A stretch of DNA of 64,000 bases from an uncultured bacterium (GTDB lineage Bacteria; Hinthialibacterota; Hinthialibacteria; Hinthialibacterales; Hinthialibacteraceae): assembly GCA_964517495.1 (NCBI GenBank), contig CAZFER010000019.1, forward strand, positions 19,835 through 83,834, read 5' to 3'. Below the pieces are notes generated by a model that saw only the letters and a program-made list of their open reading frames with translations, made no database searches and was not told where the DNA came from. The position numbers were made by a program, and so were the translations under genes. Of the stretch, positions 60,296 through 64,000 are shown piece by piece (position 1 is the stretch's first letter; every line of letters starts with the position of its first letter).

Positions 60296-60865
60296 ATGCC
60301 AGTTCAAAAACAAACTCAACGAAAACATCTGCAATGTGTGGTTTGTGGCCAGGGATTCATGTCCACCTTTGATGAAAAGTTGGGTGTTTATCCGGTTTAT
60401 CATTCCAAATCCAAGACAGAGTTTTTGTCATGTGAATCACAATTTTTCGAAATGTTGCTCAAATTGTACAAATGTTTACATTCTTCTGAAACCAGCAAAC
60501 AGATGAATGAGCTAATGAATGATGCCGATTGGGGCATTATTCTGCTCAAACGTGAATTCCTCATGTGGTGTTTGACCTGTGGATATTTAACATTGGACAA
60601 TTTGAAGCGAATTATTGTTCCTCCCGCGATTGACGATTTTACCAAAGATTTGCTGAGTACTCATAAGTTAAACGATCCGAACTATATACCTCAAGCGATG
60701 GATTATCTGAAATCGGCTTTTCACCATTTGAAGGATGAATTGCACCCCACCAATGTGAATGAATTTGATAATTTGAACCCCCAAAAAGAACTCGCTCCAG
60801 AAGCCCACAAATCAGTAAGAATGCACACGGTTGACCTGATTGGGATTTCTCAAAGGAACTCATAA
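60296..60865 (+). CDS. hypothetical Cys-containing protein
   Basis: The internal ATG follows a GAGGAT ribosome-binding site (the ORF track starts at 60275). Lies adjacent to a ~30% GC intergenic region at 59890-60290. No family recognised. Confidence 0.45.
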   Translation: MPVQKQTQRKHLQCVVCGQGFMSTFDEKLGVYPVYHSKSKTEFLSCESQFFEMLLKLYKCLHSSETSKQMNELMNDADWGIILLKREFLMWCLTCGYLTLDNLKRIIVPPAIDDFTKDLLSTHKLNDPNYIPQAMDYLKSAFHHLKDELHPTNVNEFDNLNPQKELAPEAHKSVRMHTVDLIGISQRNS

Positions 60866-60935
60866 TATTAAGGATAGGTTCATTCTCATCATTGAAAATA
60901 AACAGATGGGTTTTTATTGTTTATCAAAATGGTCA

Positions 60936-62444
60936 TCATAATTCCCAACCTTTCCGGTATTTGCGGTACATCAACTCATTGGCTTTGGATGAGTTGGTGA
61001 ATTCGCGTTGTTTTGCGTTCCAATACAGCTTTTCATTGACCCGCAAGGCAATATTTCCAAGTGCGATAGTTTGGCTAAAGTCTTTGGCATCATTAAAGTT
61101 AGCGCCGGAGGGTTTACCTCCTTTACACGCTCGAAGCCATTGATCCAGTTCATCGATGGGGCGAGGCAAGTATGGATCAGGTGGATTAAAGGCCTCCATC
61201 TTCTTTTTGGGAATCAATCGCGGATCGCCTCCACTGAAATCAGCCAGGATTTTGCCTTCATCACCGATGAATAAGAGTCCCTCATTGGGCATAGATTCAC
61301 CATCTTCTACCAATTCTTTTGGCATGGGTGGGCGCAAGCCGCCGTCATACCAATAGAGGGAGAGTTCCGGCATATCCTCGCGGGCGGGGAATTCCCAGTG
61401 GATGGTTGATGCGCGGGGATAGGAAATCATGTTATCTTGTTTTTCCCACAAGTGACTGACAATTTCCCAATATTGGCTACGGCTGGCTTCGATTGATTTG
61501 GGTGATCCTAACTTCATGATTTTAAAGATTTGATAGAAGCTATAGTGTCCCATATCACCCAAAGCACCTGCCCCGAAATCATACCAGCCGCGAAAGACGG
61601 CGTGGGTCAATGTGGGATGGTAGGGGCGATGGGGTACGGGTCCCAGCCATAAATCCCAATCCAACCCTTCGGGGATGGGTGGTGTTTCAGACGGATATTG
61701 GGTCATCCCTTGTGGCCAGAAGGGGCGTGATGACCAGTTATGAACTTCACGAACAGGGCCAATGGCTCCATTCCAGATCCATTCGCATATGGTGGCCGTG
61801 CTTTTATTCGAGGCCGCGCAGAAGAGGTGGGTGGCAAGACCGGTTTCTTTGGCTTTATCGGCTGCCAGATGAATTTCGTTAAGCACATTGGAGATCGGTT
61901 TATGGGTGATGGCGTGCTTGCCTTTGTTGATGGCCGCCAGCGCGACAGTTGCGTGGAGGTGATCGGGAGTCATGATATATACAGCATCGATATCCTCTTC
62001 ATTTTCAAGCACTTCACGAAAATCCCGATAGGCCTTGCATCCGCTATATTGGCCAGACGGTTTGTTTTTGGCGTAATAGCCCTCGACAATTTCCTGTCCC
62101 ACTTTGCGGCCACAACGGCATCCTTTGATCCCTTCACCCCATTTGGGTTCACCGAGGAAATCGCGTACTTTATTGCGAATTTCATTGCGGGACCATTCGA
62201 TGTAATCGTTGCTATCCTCATTGGGATCACACACGCAGGCGATGTGTACATCGGGATTGGGCAGCGCTCGCATGAGTTGACGAACGCCTTGGGTTCCGGT
62301 TCCGATATAGGCAATGTTAACTTTATCGTTTGGTGAGACGAGTTTTTCACCTCCTAAAACAGAACGTGGAATGATGCTTAGTGCGGTGATCGGCGCAGAT
62401 GCTTTTAAAAATTGGCGGCGAGTTGGTTTTGAGTATTTTCCCAT
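60936..62444 (-). CDS. Gfo/Idh/MocA family oxidoreductase, Tat signal
   Basis: 502 aa. RRQFLKASAPITALS Tat motif. Rossmann block (VNIAYIGTGTQGVRQLMRAL). Confidence 0.85.
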   Translation of the reverse strand: MGKYSKPTRRQFLKASAPITALSIIPRSVLGGEKLVSPNDKVNIAYIGTGTQGVRQLMRALPNPDVHIACVCDPNEDSNDYIEWSRNEIRNKVRDFLGEPKWGEGIKGCRCGRKVGQEIVEGYYAKNKPSGQYSGCKAYRDFREVLENEEDIDAVYIMTPDHLHATVALAAINKGKHAITHKPISNVLNEIHLAADKAKETGLATHLFCAASNKSTATICEWIWNGAIGPVREVHNWSSRPFWPQGMTQYPSETPPIPEGLDWDLWLGPVPHRPYHPTLTHAVFRGWYDFGAGALGDMGHYSFYQIFKIMKLGSPKSIEASRSQYWEIVSHLWEKQDNMISYPRASTIHWEFPAREDMPELSLYWYDGGLRPPMPKELVEDGESMPNEGLLFIGDEGKILADFSGGDPRLIPKKKMEAFNPPDPYLPRPIDELDQWLRACKGGKPSGANFNDAKDFSQTIALGNIALRVNEKLYWNAKQREFTNSSKANELMYRKYRKGWEL

Positions 62445-62510
62445 TGAATCTTCTCCCCTTTTGGATTTATGTTCAATTTTTCCTTCAAGTTTTTACATCA
62501 ATTGCAATTT

Positions 62511-62640
62511 TACACTACTCCTTCAACCCTCCCCTAACCCCTCACAGACTTGGGCTGATCTTTTCCCAATAGTATATGAATCAATCAAGATTGTGTGTTA
62601 ATCCTTCAACCCTCCCCTAACCCCTCCCAGGCTTGGGAGG
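62511..62640 (-). repeat. family A repeat, two tandem inverted/mosaic copies
   Basis: tccttcaaccctcccctaacccctcacagacttgggctga ... tccttcaaccctcccctaacccctcccaggcttgggaggggaatgg. This is the reverse complement of the family A core. The motif ctgatcttttcccaatag is also shared with 47655-47680. Confidence 0.6.
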
Positions 62641-62994
62641 GGAATGGTTTCTATACCTGTTTAGCGATTTTTAAATCTCCTGTGATCCCTCTTCGTTATC
62701 GGCCAACCCACTTCTTCCCCAAGCCTGTTGGAGATACAGATGGGGTTGATCATCGGCCCCACAACTTCTGGGTAATGCGCAACACTCTTATTGGCTTATA
62801 TTATCATATATTATGGTCTTTTTGATGGTCCCATTAAAAACTAAAATGGGGTGACATTTTGTTATACACTGATGTTAATAGGTTGAGCATTTGACCCCCT
62901 AAGTCCTCCCGTCAACGGGGGGACTTTGTGGGATTTACAAAGATTATTTTGCTGACATAAAGTTTATACGGATTTTATCAGGTTAAGGAAAAAT

Positions 62995-63846
62995 ATGTCT
63001 GAGAATTCTGCATCTCCTTCTTCGATGGTATATCTAGCTAGTTTTGATCAAATTACGTTTATTCAAGATGTTACGTTTGATCAGCGGGTTGATGAACTTC
63101 CTCCACAATTGGTCATTTCACCAGGTTGTTATGGTTTTAACGGGAAAACTTATGAGTTAAAAGAAGAAGGTCTTTACCGATTTGTGTTTCCATATGAGCA
63201 AAACCAGCAACGGATTGTTTACCATTGCAATGTTGAGCGCTTGTTGTCTTCACTTGCCTGGTTGGTTGCTCATGGTACGGCAGATAATGTCAAATCGATG
63301 GATGAAAAAATCGCAAAGGCGCTTCAACATAAACTATCAATGACTTGCACACCTATTTCCCGTATTGTGAATATCATTCTCCAATCGTTGAATATTGAGT
63401 CTCGTGTTGTGCAGGGTTTTACACCGTTCGAAAAAAATGGCCATACGGCCAATGAAATCTATTTTGACCAGCATCAAAAATGGGTATTTTATGATATTGA
63501 TTTTAAATGTTATCTCACTCGTCTTGGCCAACCTCTTTCATTCAGGGAACTTATCCATTTAGCGCCCAGTGGGGATTATTCGATCCATTCAATTTCCAAT
63601 GGTGCGAAAGTGGATATTTCGCAATTTGTTTACAAGGGTTATGATTGCACATTTTTATATGAGAGCACCCAATCTGACCTTGCTTTAAAATCGTTTTACC
63701 GGCGCATGATGGTAATGCCTTTGATTGAACAGCAGAGCCGGTTCTATTTTTGTGATGACAAATTTCGCCATGATGCCGAAAGTTATTCTAAACATTATAT
63801 TTATATCTCCAAAGATGAGTTTGTAGATAAGTTTTACAGTGCGTAA
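62995..63846 (+). CDS. hypothetical protein, possibly transglutaminase-like cysteine peptidase superfamily
   Basis: 283 aa. Cys...His...Asp spacing (MTCTPISR...GHTANEIYFDQHQKWVFYDID) resembles the transglutaminase-like core. Tentative. Confidence 0.45.
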   Translation: MSENSASPSSMVYLASFDQITFIQDVTFDQRVDELPPQLVISPGCYGFNGKTYELKEEGLYRFVFPYEQNQQRIVYHCNVERLLSSLAWLVAHGTADNVKSMDEKIAKALQHKLSMTCTPISRIVNIILQSLNIESRVVQGFTPFEKNGHTANEIYFDQHQKWVFYDIDFKCYLTRLGQPLSFRELIHLAPSGDYSIHSISNGAKVDISQFVYKGYDCTFLYESTQSDLALKSFYRRMMVMPLIEQQSRFYFCDDKFRHDAESYSKHYIYISKDEFVDKFYSA

Positions 63847-64000
63847 TTATTTGAGATACCAATGGACCTGTATCACAAAGCATCAAATTTGGCCACCCTG
63901 ACGTTTATTAATAAAATTGAGAATACATTTAATAATGGCCTTTATAAAAATTTTCGTTTGGGGACGAATTCCATGATGAAGGGGGTGGGGGGTGTTGGGG

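Noticed and set aside
60897-60930. Weak AT-rich inverted repeat between convergent genes at 60865/60936
   Set aside because: The stem is short and AT-only (aataaacag...ctgtttat-like), so it is not convincing as a terminator.
61740-62336. 198 aa plus-strand ORF
   Set aside because: Antisense to the Gfo/Idh/MocA oxidoreductase gene, whose Tat signal and Rossmann motifs make the minus strand the coding one.

Overview
The window is a 64 kb chromosomal segment of moderate GC (~45-48%) with about 50 protein genes and short AT-rich islets. The gene content points to the Planctomycetota/Verrucomicrobiota (PVC) group. The supporting signs are the DUF1501 and DUF1553/DUF1549/PSCyt gene pair, Tat-signal sulfatases and Gfo/Idh/MocA oxidoreductases, many secreted hypothetical proteins, and two small prepilin-type (DUF1559-like) pseudopilins. 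I found no rRNA, no tRNA and no CRISPR array.

Housekeeping content includes the metY-metX-metW direct-sulfhydrylation operon and a beta-CASP/MBL ribonuclease. Two aldo/keto reductases and an AsmA-family protein are also present. Membrane functions include an NfeD-flotillin operon and a DUF4212 plus sodium:solute symporter pair. A sulfatase and a nucleoside hydrolase are annotated as well.

The most interesting content is a tightly packed, translationally coupled five-gene terpenoid locus at 48.1-55.0 kb. It encodes a 4Fe-4S ferredoxin-like protein, a B12-binding radical SAM enzyme, a Cys-rich-domain::polyprenyl diphosphate synthase fusion, a prenyltransferase/squalene-oxidase-repeat protein, and a squalene-hopene-cyclase-type class II terpene cyclase carrying a DADDTA motif. 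A bacterial sucrose-phosphate synthase (with a C-terminal phosphatase-like domain) and sucrose synthase operon lies immediately next to it.

A small candidate defence or toxin-antitoxin islet lies at 20.9-27.2 kb. It holds hicA with a frameshifted hicB, a secreted internal-repeat protein coupled to a pseudopilin, and an HTH/ImmA-IrrE metallopeptidase followed by a DUF4411 PIN-like nuclease. Separately, a very AT-rich islet at 33.0-34.15 kb carries a translationally coupled small-ORF plus PIN-domain pair.

Several families of short GC-rich palindromic intergenic repeats (REP/MITE-like) recur through the window, and some copies double as bidirectional terminators.
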